Assembly: GCA_963787125.1 (NCBI GenBank)
Contig: CAWBBV010000001.1
Coordinates: forward strand, 256,001 to 320,000
Direction: 5' to 3'
DNA length: 64,000 nucleotides
From: an uncultured delta proteobacterium
GTDB taxonomy: Bacteria > Desulfobacterota > Desulfuromonadia > Geobacterales > DSM-12255
In this document: positions 27,938-37,147 of the stretch, in pieces
Position numbering within the stretch: the stretch's first letter is position 1
How the letters are laid out: the number at the start of each line of letters is the position of its first letter
The notes under the pieces: generated by a model
Database searches by the model: none
What the model was told of the DNA's origin: nothing
The model's input: only the letters and a program-made list of their open reading frames with translations
Program-made: the position numbers and the translations under genes

Positions 27938-29127
27938 TAACGTTTTCCCGAAGGAGGATGCATGGTACTTGATTCAGTTTTTGGCAGCGTCGTGCTATCG
28001 CCAACCACCACTTTCTCACCTTCACGCAATCCTTCTACTACCTGCACCTGCACGTTATTGGAAATCCCGGTACGGATTGTCCGGGCTTCGGTTACATCAC
28101 CGACCAATACCTTTACCGTGTAACGCCCATCCTTCTGCTTGTCCCCCAGAGCCGATACAGGGATACAGAGCGCCTGTTTCGCCTGATTCAGAATAATGGC
28201 TACTTGAGTAGTCATGGATACTTTCAGTTTGTTGTCAGCATTGGGCACCTCAAACAGCCCATAGTAATAAACTGCCGCACTGGTGCTCGTACTGCTGCTG
28301 GTGCCGTTTGTCCCGCTCGTAACCGGTCCAGGCTCAATTGCTCGCAGCTTGCTGTAATAGCGAGTATCGCTATCGCCCAGCAGAGTGAAATAGGTCGGCA
28401 AACCGGGCTTAACGCGGGCAACATCTGCTTCGGAGATTTTAGCCTTAACGGTCATGGTGTCCAAATTAGCCAAGGTAATAATCGTTGTGGCAGATTGGGT
28501 GGATACCACGGTCTGACCTTCTTCTGTGTCAATTGATATGACAACACCATCAATCGGTGCATTAATTCGGGTATAGCCAAGATTTGCCCTAGAGGTGTCC
28601 ACAGCAATAACCGCCTTCTTTACCTGAGCTTCAAGGGCGGCTATGTCATGGCGCGTACTATCAAGTTGAGCCTGTGCGCTCTCCAGGTCCGCTTTGGAGG
28701 TCGCATCCTTAGCGTTCATCTGCTTTTGACGCTGCCAGGCCAATTCATACTGTTTCAACAGCGACTGCCTGGAAAGTTTCTGAGCACGCAAGTTTTCCAC
28801 CTGAGCTTCGGAATCCTTGAGTGCGTTCTGCTGGATTACCGGGTCTATCTCCGCCAGGAGCTGGCCTTTTTTAACCTTGTCCCCCAAGGCGACGTGCAGA
28901 GTCTTTAACTGCCCGGAAACCTGTGCTCCGACTGCAACCGTCTTGAACGCTTTCAATGTTCCGCTCGCCAGAACGCTCTCATCCAAATCCATCTTAATGA
29001 CATCGGCAGTAATGAAAGTGGCTTTGGGTTTACTGAAGAAGAACTTTTTCACTGACATTCCCGCCCCCAGCACGATTACGAGGAGAGTCGTCCCGATAAT
29101 TATCTTTCTTCTTGATAGAGTAATCAT
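27937..29127 (-). CDS. macA: MacA-type membrane fusion protein
   Basis: VAVGAQVSGQLK and NLGYTRINAPIDGVV. Confidence 0.92.
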   Translation of the reverse strand: MITLSRRKIIIGTTLLVIVLGAGMSVKKFFFSKPKATFITADVIKMDLDESVLASGTLKAFKTVAVGAQVSGQLKTLHVALGDKVKKGQLLAEIDPVIQQNALKDSEAQVENLRAQKLSRQSLLKQYELAWQRQKQMNAKDATSKADLESAQAQLDSTRHDIAALEAQVKKAVIAVDTSRANLGYTRINAPIDGVVISIDTEEGQTVVSTQSATTIITLANLDTMTVKAKISEADVARVKPGLPTYFTLLGDSDTRYYSKLRAIEPGPVTSGTNGTSSSTSTSAAVYYYGLFEVPNADNKLKVSMTTQVAIILNQAKQALCIPVSALGDKQKDGRYTVKVLVGDVTEARTIRTGISNNVQVQVVEGLREGEKVVVGDSTTLPKTESSTMHPPSGKR

Positions 29128-29765
29128 GATTCCAGTCCATTGCTGCGAATGGCACTAAGTCCAGCCAAGGCAAATTTTATTACATGGTCGGCATAGACAT
29201 CGAGGTCATCAATCAAGAATGGGACTTTGTCGCTTGTTTCTCTCTGATGGACTCTTTGCAGCAGAAGTGGGTGGACACACATACTCATGATGCAGGTTTC
29301 ACATAAGGCAATTTGCTGATTGGTGGCACCGGCCCCCAAAAGTTCCCGTACAATTGCGAGAGTTTTTTCGCGTAGCGGGTTAATCTCCGACAGCATGACT
29401 TCTTCCAAAAGCCCGGTTGGGTTAACGAGTTCCATCTGAGTGATGAGAAAATCCCTGTTGTTTTCGTCGGCAATCCGTTCAATTAGTGCCTTTAGCTGAC
29501 CTCGCAAACGTTCTTCAGCCGGTGCACTCTCGCTTACACCCCCATCCTGCGGGTGTTTTTTTATTGAACCAGCAAAGGAGTAACGCCATGCATCCTGATA
29601 AAGAGCTTCTTTACTGCCAAAGTAATAATTCACTGCGGCAATATTGGCACTGGCACTTGTGCATATCTCCGCCACTGTGGCATCACGGAACCCCTTCTTT
29701 GCAAATACTTCGCTTGCCGCGACCAGTAATTTTTCCTTGGTTATATCTGATTTTTTCCTGGACAT
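29124..29765 (-). CDS. TetR-family regulator (CecR/YbiH-like)
   Basis: HTH GFRDATVAEIC..A.ANIAAVNYYFGSKEALY. GGAGG RBS before MSRKK. Confidence 0.9.
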   Translation of the reverse strand: MSRKKSDITKEKLLVAASEVFAKKGFRDATVAEICTSASANIAAVNYYFGSKEALYQDAWRYSFAGSIKKHPQDGGVSESAPAEERLRGQLKALIERIADENNRDFLITQMELVNPTGLLEEVMLSEINPLREKTLAIVRELLGAGATNQQIALCETCIMSMCVHPLLLQRVHQRETSDKVPFLIDDLDVYADHVIKFALAGLSAIRSNGLES

Positions 29766-29781
29766 AGAGCCTCCCATGAAA

Positions 29782-29832
29782 TAAAACGTTCGTTTCAAAT
29801 GTTAATTTGAAATTTATATTTTATTTTGTCAA
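29782..29832 (-). promoter_or_regulatory. Promoter and palindromic TetR operator candidate
   Basis: AAACG-TT-CGTTT palindrome at 29784-29795 just upstream of the RBS. TTGACA on the minus strand at 29832-29827. Confidence 0.55.
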
Positions 29833-29942
29833 GCGAATTTGTCACAAAAAAGCCCCCGTTTCCGGAGGCTCGTTTCTCATACAAAATTGAGTTGGGTACT
29901 TTAGTTGCGCTGGTGACTTTCTTCTGAAAACTTTTGTAAACT

Positions 29943-29975
29943 AAAAAAGCCCATAACAACGTAGTGTTATGGGCT
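29943..29975 (-). terminator. ssb terminator
   Basis: AGCCCATAAC-N8-GTTATGGGCT followed by a T-run on the minus strand. A second hairpin plus T-run lies at about 29845-29870. Confidence 0.75.
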
Positions 29976-30003
29976 AAGTTTACACTTTTGATTTAGGGGT
30001 ACT

Positions 30004-30423
30004 CTAGAAGGGAATATCGTCATCCTGGTTGTAACTGACCGGATCATCATAAGATGCGGACGGCTCGCCGCCCTGTCTGCCACCGCCGCCACCTTTAGGG
30101 CTGAGCATCTGCATCCGCTCGCCGACAATCTCGGTCGTATAGCGGTCGCGCCCATCTTTATCCTGCCATTTGCGGGTCTGAAGGCGACCTTCAATAAAAA
30201 CGGTCTTCCCTTTGGAAAGATATTCCTTGGCAATCTCTGCCTGCCGTCCCCAGAGGACAATATTGTGCCACTCTGTCCGCTCCTCCATGTCACCGCTCTT
30301 GTTTTTGAATTTTTCCGTTGTTGCTATGGAAAAACTTGCCACGCCCTGACCTGAAGTTGTGTAACGGACTTCCGGATCTTTGCCGAGATTGCCTATCAGC
30401 ATGACCTTATTGAGACTTGCCAT
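30004..30423 (-). CDS. ssb: Single-stranded DNA-binding protein
   Basis: [19 protein letters not shown] and C-terminal DDDIPF. Confidence 0.98.
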   Translation of the reverse strand: MASLNKVMLIGNLGKDPEVRYTTSGQGVASFSIATTEKFKNKSGDMEERTEWHNIVLWGRQAEIAKEYLSKGKTVFIEGRLQTRKWQDKDGRDRYTTEIVGERMQMLSPKGGGGGRQGGEPSASYDDPVSYNQDDDIPF

Positions 30424-30701
30424 TTGTAAAAACTCCTTATTGTGGATTGCCTAAAGTTAGTGTCATTTGCCAAAAAATAATGTCACTTGAAAGGTTTGGA
30501 TGCGGGCTCTGATGCTACATCAAATTTGTTTTCTCACAAAGCAAATTTTATTGCAGATTTTTCCGGACAAGAAGCTAAGATACTGGCATGGAATCACCTG
30601 AAGGTTTAGATACAAGCACGCTGGATTACAATGCTACTATTCTGCATCGCTAGAGCTGACACACACTGACCGGTCAAAACCCACCATTCGGAGGGCTCGC
30701 T

Positions 30702-30830
30702 ATGGAACCTGCATTTACCGGCTTTTCACCCCACTCCCTGGCTTTTTTTGAAGGCCTGGCTGCCAACAACACCAAGGCCTGGTTCGAGGCTCACCGGAGT
30801 GACTACGAAGAGTACCTCTCGACACTCTGA
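30702..30830 (+). pseudogene. Truncated DUF2461 (TIGR02453-like) gene, 42-aa N-terminal stub
   Basis: GGAGG RBS, then MEPAFTGFSPHSLAFFEGLAANNTKAWFEAHRSDYEEYLSTL*, the typical DUF2461 N-terminus. Confidence 0.7.
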
Positions 30831-30846
30831 TATCAGGGAGGATTTC

Positions 30847-31458
30847 ATGACAAAACTGGACTTTAAGAAAACCTTGAAACAGCTGTATCAGCCTTCAGTT
30901 AAGGAAATTGTCAGCGTCGATGTCCCCAAAATGAACTTTCTCATGGTTGACGGTGCAGGAGATCCCAACACCTCGCAATCATTCAGTGACGCAATCGAAG
31001 CGCTCTATCCGGTTGCCTATACCCTGAAGTTCATGGTCAAAAAGGGGCCATTGGCGATTGACTACGGGGTGATGCCGCTTGAAGCCCTCTGGTGGGCCGA
31101 TGACCCGTCCGCCTTCACTTTGGGAAAAAAGGACGACTGGCAATGGACCGTCATGATCATGCAACCGGAGTTCATTACGAGTGAAATGGTTAAAGAAGCA
31201 GTGGCAGAAGTGGCAAATAAGAAAAAGCCCGTTTCCTTGCCGCTCTTAAGGTTTGAACCATTCAGTGAGGGAAAGTCCGCCCAAACGCTTCATATTGGCC
31301 ACTTTTCCGAGGAAGGGCCGACGATTGAGAAGGTGCACAAATTCATAGCAGACAGTGGCAGTCAGCTGGTCGGTAAACATCACGAAATTTACTTAAGTGA
31401 TTTGCGGCGGACGGCACCGGAAAAATGGAAAATTATTATCAGGCAACCGATGTCGTAA
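30847..31458 (+). CDS. GyrI-like small-molecule-binding protein
   Basis: GGAGG RBS, VDGAGDPN, PLEALWW and HHEIYLSD.RRTAPEKW. Confidence 0.85.
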   Translation: MTKLDFKKTLKQLYQPSVKEIVSVDVPKMNFLMVDGAGDPNTSQSFSDAIEALYPVAYTLKFMVKKGPLAIDYGVMPLEALWWADDPSAFTLGKKDDWQWTVMIMQPEFITSEMVKEAVAEVANKKKPVSLPLLRFEPFSEGKSAQTLHIGHFSEEGPTIEKVHKFIADSGSQLVGKHHEIYLSDLRRTAPEKWKIIIRQPMS

Positions 31459-31603
31459 TAATGGGTGCTTTTTGTGCTGCTTGGCTCAACCGCTCAAACC
31501 TGATTTTTACCAGGAGGCGAATTCATGCCGCTCTTGATCCGCAACGGTGTCAGGTTTGTCCTGCTCTCAGCTGATTACCTGTAACTCCAGTCACGGTGGA
31601 TTG

Positions 31604-32473
31604 ATGCCATTACCCACACTGCAAAAACAAAGAAACAGTGCCATTCCAGCCCTTACCGGGTGCGGTGTCGGCCTGCTGCTCTACGCCATATACGGCTGGT
31701 GGGGATTCTTTATCGTCTTTCCCGGCATCGGTCTGGCCATTTCCATCGGTATCCGAATCGACCGGGGGGTGCCCCGCACAACCAGGGGTCTTGGCCGACG
31801 AACAGCGCTGCTGTTGATTCTGCCGATCCTGCTGCTGTTTGTGCCGCTGGCAAACAACGAAAACCTGCAACTTGAAGGGATTGTCCTGCTCCTTTCCATC
31901 GGGTTTTTCAGTAAGGGCGTAGTTCATTACGCCGTTGCCAAGGTATTTGGCCCGCTGCTCTGGGGGCGTGGATTCTGCTCATGGGGGTGCTGGACTGCGG
32001 CGGTTCTGGAGTGGTTGCCGCTCAAGGACACAGGCAGGACACCGGAACACTTGCGACCGCTCCGATATGTAGCGCTTTTTTTATCAGTCATGGTGCCGCT
32101 GGCACTGATATTCAGTTTTGGTTTTGATGTCCGTCAGCAGTATCTCCGCAAACAGGAAATGATCTGGATGTTCGCAGGCAACGGCATCTATTACCTGTTG
32201 GCAATTCCGGTGGCGTTCTGGTTTCAGGATCGCCGCGCCTTCTGCAAGATCCTCTGCCCTGTGGCACTGGTCATGAAAATCCCGGCCGCCTTTAGCCGGT
32301 TGCGCATACGCCCTACCGGCTCCGCATGTACACAGTGCGCTGTCTGTGACAGAGTGTGTCCAATGGAGGTGCCGGTGATGGCCGCAATTGCAGCCGGCGA
32401 CTCGGTACGGGATACGGAATGCATCTACTGCGGAACTTGCCGCGACCACTGCCCGAACGAGGCGATCGGATAA
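31604..32473 (+). CDS. Membrane 4Fe-4S binding protein (NapH/YccM-like)
   Basis: TM helices, GRGFCSWGC, FCKILCP and two CxxCxxCxxxCP motifs. Confidence 0.85.
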   Translation: MPLPTLQKQRNSAIPALTGCGVGLLLYAIYGWWGFFIVFPGIGLAISIGIRIDRGVPRTTRGLGRRTALLLILPILLLFVPLANNENLQLEGIVLLLSIGFFSKGVVHYAVAKVFGPLLWGRGFCSWGCWTAAVLEWLPLKDTGRTPEHLRPLRYVALFLSVMVPLALIFSFGFDVRQQYLRKQEMIWMFAGNGIYYLLAIPVAFWFQDRRAFCKILCPVALVMKIPAAFSRLRIRPTGSACTQCAVCDRVCPMEVPVMAAIAAGDSVRDTECIYCGTCRDHCPNEAIG

Positions 32474-32495
32474 GACTTGCGGTTGGGATAAAGAA

Positions 32496-33113
32496 ATGAG
32501 TTATGGGGGGACCGTGAACCTTGAATCTGAAAACCTGGATGATTATCTGGCTTGTGATCAAATAGTAGACTGGCAGTCGCCGAATGTCTTGCAGACAGCT
32601 CGCGACCTTACCCGCTTGATACCGGACAACATTGACAAAGCCCGCTGTTTGTACGAATGGGTCAGAGATATAATCCTGCACAGCAATGATGCTGTTCTGG
32701 ACATAGTAACCTGCTCGGCGAGTGACGTATTGAGCCATGGTACGGGAATCTGTTTTGCCAAAAGCCACCTGCTGGCCGCCTTGCTGAGGGGAGTCGGCAT
32801 TCCGGCCGGGTTCTGTTATCAGGTGCTGCGGCTGGATCCTCCGGTTGACAACACCCTTATTCTCCATGGCTTTAACGCAGTTTACCTTGCTTCAATCGGC
32901 AAATGGATTCGCCTCGATGCTCGCGGCAACAGCGAGGAAATCGATGCCCGCTTCAGCATCGAGCAGGAGCAGCTTGCCTTTGCCATGGACGCAACGGCTG
33001 GTGAATTTATCTATGAGACGATCTTTGCTGCACCGGTAAGTATTGTTGTTGAGAAACTGAGAAAGCATAGCAGCAGAAAAGAGCTGTGGCAGGATCTGCC
33101 GAAACCGTTTTAA
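32496..33113 (+). CDS. Transglutaminase-like protein (start uncertain)
   Basis: GICFAKSHLLAALLRGVGIP, HGFNAV and WIRLDARG (Cys-His-Asp triad). Confidence 0.85.
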   Translation: MSYGGTVNLESENLDDYLACDQIVDWQSPNVLQTARDLTRLIPDNIDKARCLYEWVRDIILHSNDAVLDIVTCSASDVLSHGTGICFAKSHLLAALLRGVGIPAGFCYQVLRLDPPVDNTLILHGFNAVYLASIGKWIRLDARGNSEEIDARFSIEQEQLAFAMDATAGEFIYETIFAAPVSIVVEKLRKHSSRKELWQDLPKPF

Positions 33114-33198
33114 ATCTGGAGTTATAACTTGTCCGTTGAGAAAATCGGCCGGTCTGAAGGATTATATACGCACCACCACATTCCCGGAGGGTAACAAG

Positions 33199-34098
33199 AT
33201 GAAAAGATCATTTCTGCTGTCGTTTGCCGTTGTCACACTGCTGTTCACCCGGAGCGCCTTTGCTGAATTGACGAAGATTGCGGACAATGTCTACTCCTAT
33301 GTCGGCGAAAAAGACGCTTCCCCTGCCCACAGTTTTGCTGCCAATGCCGGGATTATCATCGGCACGGACGCCGTGCTGGTGGTGGATACCCTCATTTCTG
33401 CCAAAGAGGGGGAACGCTTCCTGGCCGATATTCGTAAGGTGACCAGTAAACCGATAAAGTACGTGGTCAACACCCATACCCACCTTGACCACGCTTTCGG
33501 TAACTGTGTCTTTGCCAAGATCGGCGCTACCGTCATTTCCCATACTGCTGACCGGGCGATGCTGGAGCGGATCGGTACGGCCACCCTGCAGAACAGTGGC
33601 AATTACGGCCTTAAAGCCGAGGATGTGATCGGCACCACGATTGTACTGCCGCAACTTGCCTTCAGCGAGCGGCTGCAGATCGATCTTGGCGGCGAGAGCG
33701 TAGAGCTGATCCGCGTCGCCCCCTCCCACACCGAGGGGAGCGTGATCGTTTCCGTACCGGCCAGAAAACTGCTCTTTGCCGGTGACATCCTCTTCACCGA
33801 CTTTCACCCCTACATGGTGGACGGCGACATTGTCGGCTGGGCCAAATCGCTGGATGCGCTCCTGGCCATGGATCTGGAGCAGATCATTCCAGGCCACGGC
33901 CCGCTTTCAACGAAAAAGGACCTAAAGGAGATGAAGGAATATCTGCTCATTTTCGACAGTAAGGCGCGGGAACTGGCTGCCGGGTCGCAGGACGCCGATG
34001 CAATCACCGCTGCGATGATAAAAGTCCTGCCGAAACGGTCGCTGGCCGAGTGGATGATTGCTTTCAATCTGAAGAGTCGCTATCTGAACAAGCAATGA
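33199..34098 (+). CDS. Secreted MBL-fold metallo-hydrolase
   Basis: Signal peptide, THTHLDH, SHTEG, AGD and PGHG. Confidence 0.88.
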   Translation: MKRSFLLSFAVVTLLFTRSAFAELTKIADNVYSYVGEKDASPAHSFAANAGIIIGTDAVLVVDTLISAKEGERFLADIRKVTSKPIKYVVNTHTHLDHAFGNCVFAKIGATVISHTADRAMLERIGTATLQNSGNYGLKAEDVIGTTIVLPQLAFSERLQIDLGGESVELIRVAPSHTEGSVIVSVPARKLLFAGDILFTDFHPYMVDGDIVGWAKSLDALLAMDLEQIIPGHGPLSTKKDLKEMKEYLLIFDSKARELAAGSQDADAITAAMIKVLPKRSLAEWMIAFNLKSRYLNKQ

Positions 34099-34271
34099 GG
34101 CCAGTTTCTACCTTTGACTACTTGCGGGAGGCTGTCGAACAAAGCGGCGCACCGTCAGGGGTACATGGTGAGAAGCACGTTATGCGGAAAAAGTTCCGGC
34201 TATTTTTGACCGCTTATCCCGCAGAATCACTCCTTGTCAAAACGGCACCATAAACAAAAAGGTTATTGTTC

Positions 34272-35747
34272 ATGAAAATTGTCATTGCTCCCGACTCTTA
34301 TAAAGAAAGCCTGTCGGCGCTTGAAGTAGCAACCGCGATTGAAGCCGGTTTTCGGGAGATTTTTCCCGATGCCGATTACCACAAACTGCCGCTGGCCGAT
34401 GGCGGTGAAGGGACCGTTGCCGCAATGATCGCCGCCACCGGCGGTTCATTCGTCAAGGTGGCGGTAACCGGGCCGTTAGGTGAAACGGTAACCGCTGCTT
34501 ATGGCCTGACCGGGGATGGGAAAACCGCTGTCGTTGAAATGGCGGCAGCCAGCGGTCTGGCACTGGTTGACCCCCAGCAGCGCAATCCTTTGCTGACGAC
34601 GACCTTCGGCACGGGAGAAGTGATCAAGGCCGCTCTGGATGCGGGTGCCTGCCACCTGATCATCGCCATCGGCGGCAGCGCGACCAACGATGGCGGCGCC
34701 GGTATGCTGCAAGCTCTGGGGGTAAAACTGCTGGATCAAAAAGGGCGGGAAATCGGATTTGGCGGCGGTGAACTGAGGCGGCTGGAGCGGATCGACATAA
34801 GCGGCATGGACCCGCGCCTGCAAGCATGCCGGATCGAGGCAGCCTGCGATGTGAACAATCCGCTGACCGGTCCACAAGGGGCCAGTTCCGTTTTCGGCCC
34901 GCAAAAAGGGGCCACGCCGGAGATGGTAGCGCAGCTGGATGCCAATCTTGTCCGCTATGCCGCTCTGCTCAGGCGGGATCTGGGTGCAGAGGTGGAATTT
35001 GTTCCGGGTGCAGGCGCTGCCGGGGGGATGGGAGCGGCGCTGCTGGCTTTCTTTGGGGCAGAGCTCAGGCCGGGTATCGACATCGTTATGGAGGCGGTCG
35101 GGCTGGAAGCTGCCATCAGGGCTGCTGATCTGGTAATTACCGGCGAAGGTCGCATCGACATCCAGACCATCCATGGCAAAGCACCGCTCGGTGTGGCACA
35201 GCTGGCTAAACGCTATAACAAGCCGGTTATCGGCATTGCCGGCTGCCTTGCTCCCGATGCCGGCATAGTTCATGATTATGGCATTGATGCTGTCTTCAGT
35301 GTCCTCAGTCAAACCTGCACGGTTGAGGAAGCCTTGACCAATGCCGCAGTCAATGTCCGCACCGCTTCACGCAATATTGCCGCCACACTGAAGCTGTCGT
35401 TTGCGATTCAGGGGAGGGAACCCATGTTTACAAAACTGAGCGATAACGACTTCAAGCCGGTATTAACGGGGATTGAACAGAAAACTCTGGTACATGGCGA
35501 CAAGACGCTTATGGTGGAATTCCGCCTGCGACAAGGAGCGCTTCTGCCGCGGCACTCCCATCCCCACGAACAGACCGGCTATCTGGTGAGCGGCCGGATC
35601 CGGCTGACAATTGGCACTGCGGTTCATGAAGTTTCGCCGGGTGACAGCTGGTGCATTCCTGGAGACGTGCTTCATTGTGCCGAGGTCGTCGAGGACTCGG
35701 TAGCCATCGAAGTCTTCTCGCCAGTCCGCCAGGATTACCTGCCATGA
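34272..35747 (+). CDS. Glycerate kinase (GarK/GlxK) fused in frame to a cupin domain
   Basis: MKIVIAPDSYKESL, ADGGEGT, GGSATNDGG and GAGAAGG. Cupin HSHPHEQ...HCAE starts at an internal ATG (35424) with its own RBS. Confidence 0.88.
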   Translation: MKIVIAPDSYKESLSALEVATAIEAGFREIFPDADYHKLPLADGGEGTVAAMIAATGGSFVKVAVTGPLGETVTAAYGLTGDGKTAVVEMAAASGLALVDPQQRNPLLTTTFGTGEVIKAALDAGACHLIIAIGGSATNDGGAGMLQALGVKLLDQKGREIGFGGGELRRLERIDISGMDPRLQACRIEAACDVNNPLTGPQGASSVFGPQKGATPEMVAQLDANLVRYAALLRRDLGAEVEFVPGAGAAGGMGAALLAFFGAELRPGIDIVMEAVGLEAAIRAADLVITGEGRIDIQTIHGKAPLGVAQLAKRYNKPVIGIAGCLAPDAGIVHDYGIDAVFSVLSQTCTVEEALTNAAVNVRTASRNIAATLKLSFAIQGREPMFTKLSDNDFKPVLTGIEQKTLVHGDKTLMVEFRLRQGALLPRHSHPHEQTGYLVSGRIRLTIGTAVHEVSPGDSWCIPGDVLHCAEVVEDSVAIEVFSPVRQDYLP

Positions 35748-35844
35748 TCACCGAGTACAGTGATGCCACTGGCAAGCGCTATTTAATTGACTATCATGGC
35801 AAAAAACAGTAATTTCACAGGGATTATTGGACGGGATACTTTAC

Positions 35845-36549
35845 ATGTTGCGAGCCTGCCTCTATCTTCTGTTTTTGATTCCATGGACGCTGTTCTGCAC
35901 TTTTACCGCGATGCTCTCCACTTTCACTGATCGAAGCGGTCGCAGCTATCACCGGATTGCAATTCTCTGGAGCAGATGGACACTTCTGGGAGCCGGCGTC
36001 AAGGTAGTTACCGAAGGGACAGAATTTATCCCGCGCAACAGACCGATAATTTTCATGGGGAACCACCAGAGCTACTTTGACGTTCCGTTGCTGTTCAGCG
36101 CTTCACCGGTTACGTTTAACTGGCTGGCAAAGGAAGAGCTCTTCCGGATTCCGCTTATTGGTCATTCGATGCGAGCCGCGGGCCACATCCCGATAAACAG
36201 GGGCAATGGCCGTGATGCCATAAGAAGCCTGAACAGGGCCGCCAAGCTGGTTCAAAACGGTACCAGCATAGCTATTTTCCCTGAAGGTACTTTTTCCGAG
36301 GATGGCGGGCTGCTCCCTTTCAAGCGGGGCGGCTTCATTCTGGCAGCACACGCAGGCGTGCCGATAGTCCCTTTCACCATTTCCGGTGCACTCGCAATCA
36401 ATCCACCCGGCAAGCTGCTGAGCATTATGCCCGGGGTTATTAAAATAAAGTTCAGCCCGGCCATAGAAGTTGACACCAATCAGGCCGGACATCCGACACT
36501 ACTGCTGGAAAAGGTTCGCACGGCAATTGCCGCCGGACTGGAGAGGTAA
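35845..36549 (+). CDS. plsC: 1-acyl-sn-glycerol-3-phosphate acyltransferase
   Basis: NHQSYFD and FPEGT motifs. Confidence 0.92.
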   Translation: MLRACLYLLFLIPWTLFCTFTAMLSTFTDRSGRSYHRIAILWSRWTLLGAGVKVVTEGTEFIPRNRPIIFMGNHQSYFDVPLLFSASPVTFNWLAKEELFRIPLIGHSMRAAGHIPINRGNGRDAIRSLNRAAKLVQNGTSIAIFPEGTFSEDGGLLPFKRGGFILAAHAGVPIVPFTISGALAINPPGKLLSIMPGVIKIKFSPAIEVDTNQAGHPTLLLEKVRTAIAAGLER

Positions 36550-36550
36550 C

Positions 36551-36733
36551 ATGGGTTTCAAGTTCATCCCTTTAATTGTAATAGGAATCGGTATGACAGC
36601 GTGGGGCCTCCCTGCTGCATACCGGCTACGTTCCCCCTGGCGGATTATTGCCGCCCTGGCAGCGCTTGCCGGAGTGATTGCCTCTCTGGCCGGAGTCCTT
36701 TTGTTTGCAGTACCGAACTTTTTATCAAGGTGA
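36551..36733 (+). CDS. Small hypothetical membrane protein
   Basis: GAGG RBS, 60 aa, two hydrophobic segments, fills the operon gap. Confidence 0.6.
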   Translation: MGFKFIPLIVIGIGMTAWGLPAAYRLRSPWRIIAALAALAGVIASLAGVLLFAVPNFLSR

Positions 36734-36737
36734 CCTG

Positions 36738-37142
36738 ATGCTGGAGCGGACAAAAAATATAGTCGCTAATGCTGTCTTTATTGCTGTCGTAGCAATTTTT
36801 CTCTTTGCTGCAGCCACTCAGTTCCGCCAGTGGTCACAGTTCAATCGCGGCGAAAAGGCGCTTGTTGCCCGTGACCAGATCAATGCGATTGCCGGTTTTG
36901 AGTCTGCAATCCATATGTATACCCCTTTCAGCCCGCTTGTGGAGCGGAGCGCGGCCAGACTCTGGATAATCGGCAGAGACCTGGAAACCAGAGGCGAAAC
37001 TGAAAAAGCTCTCATTGCCTACAGGGCTCTGCGCAGCGCCTTTTACTCGACCCATGGACTGACCAAACCGGGAATGAACTGGATCACCATCTGCGATGAA
37101 AAGATCCGGCTCCTTGCCAAACCTGTAGAGCCGGCACGCTAG
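36738..37142 (+). CDS. Hypothetical membrane-anchored helical protein
   Basis: N-terminal TM segment. Tightly packed between its neighbours. Confidence 0.65.
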   Translation: MLERTKNIVANAVFIAVVAIFLFAAATQFRQWSQFNRGEKALVARDQINAIAGFESAIHMYTPFSPLVERSAARLWIIGRDLETRGETEKALIAYRALRSAFYSTHGLTKPGMNWITICDEKIRLLAKPVEPAR

Positions 37143-37147
37143 ACTCC

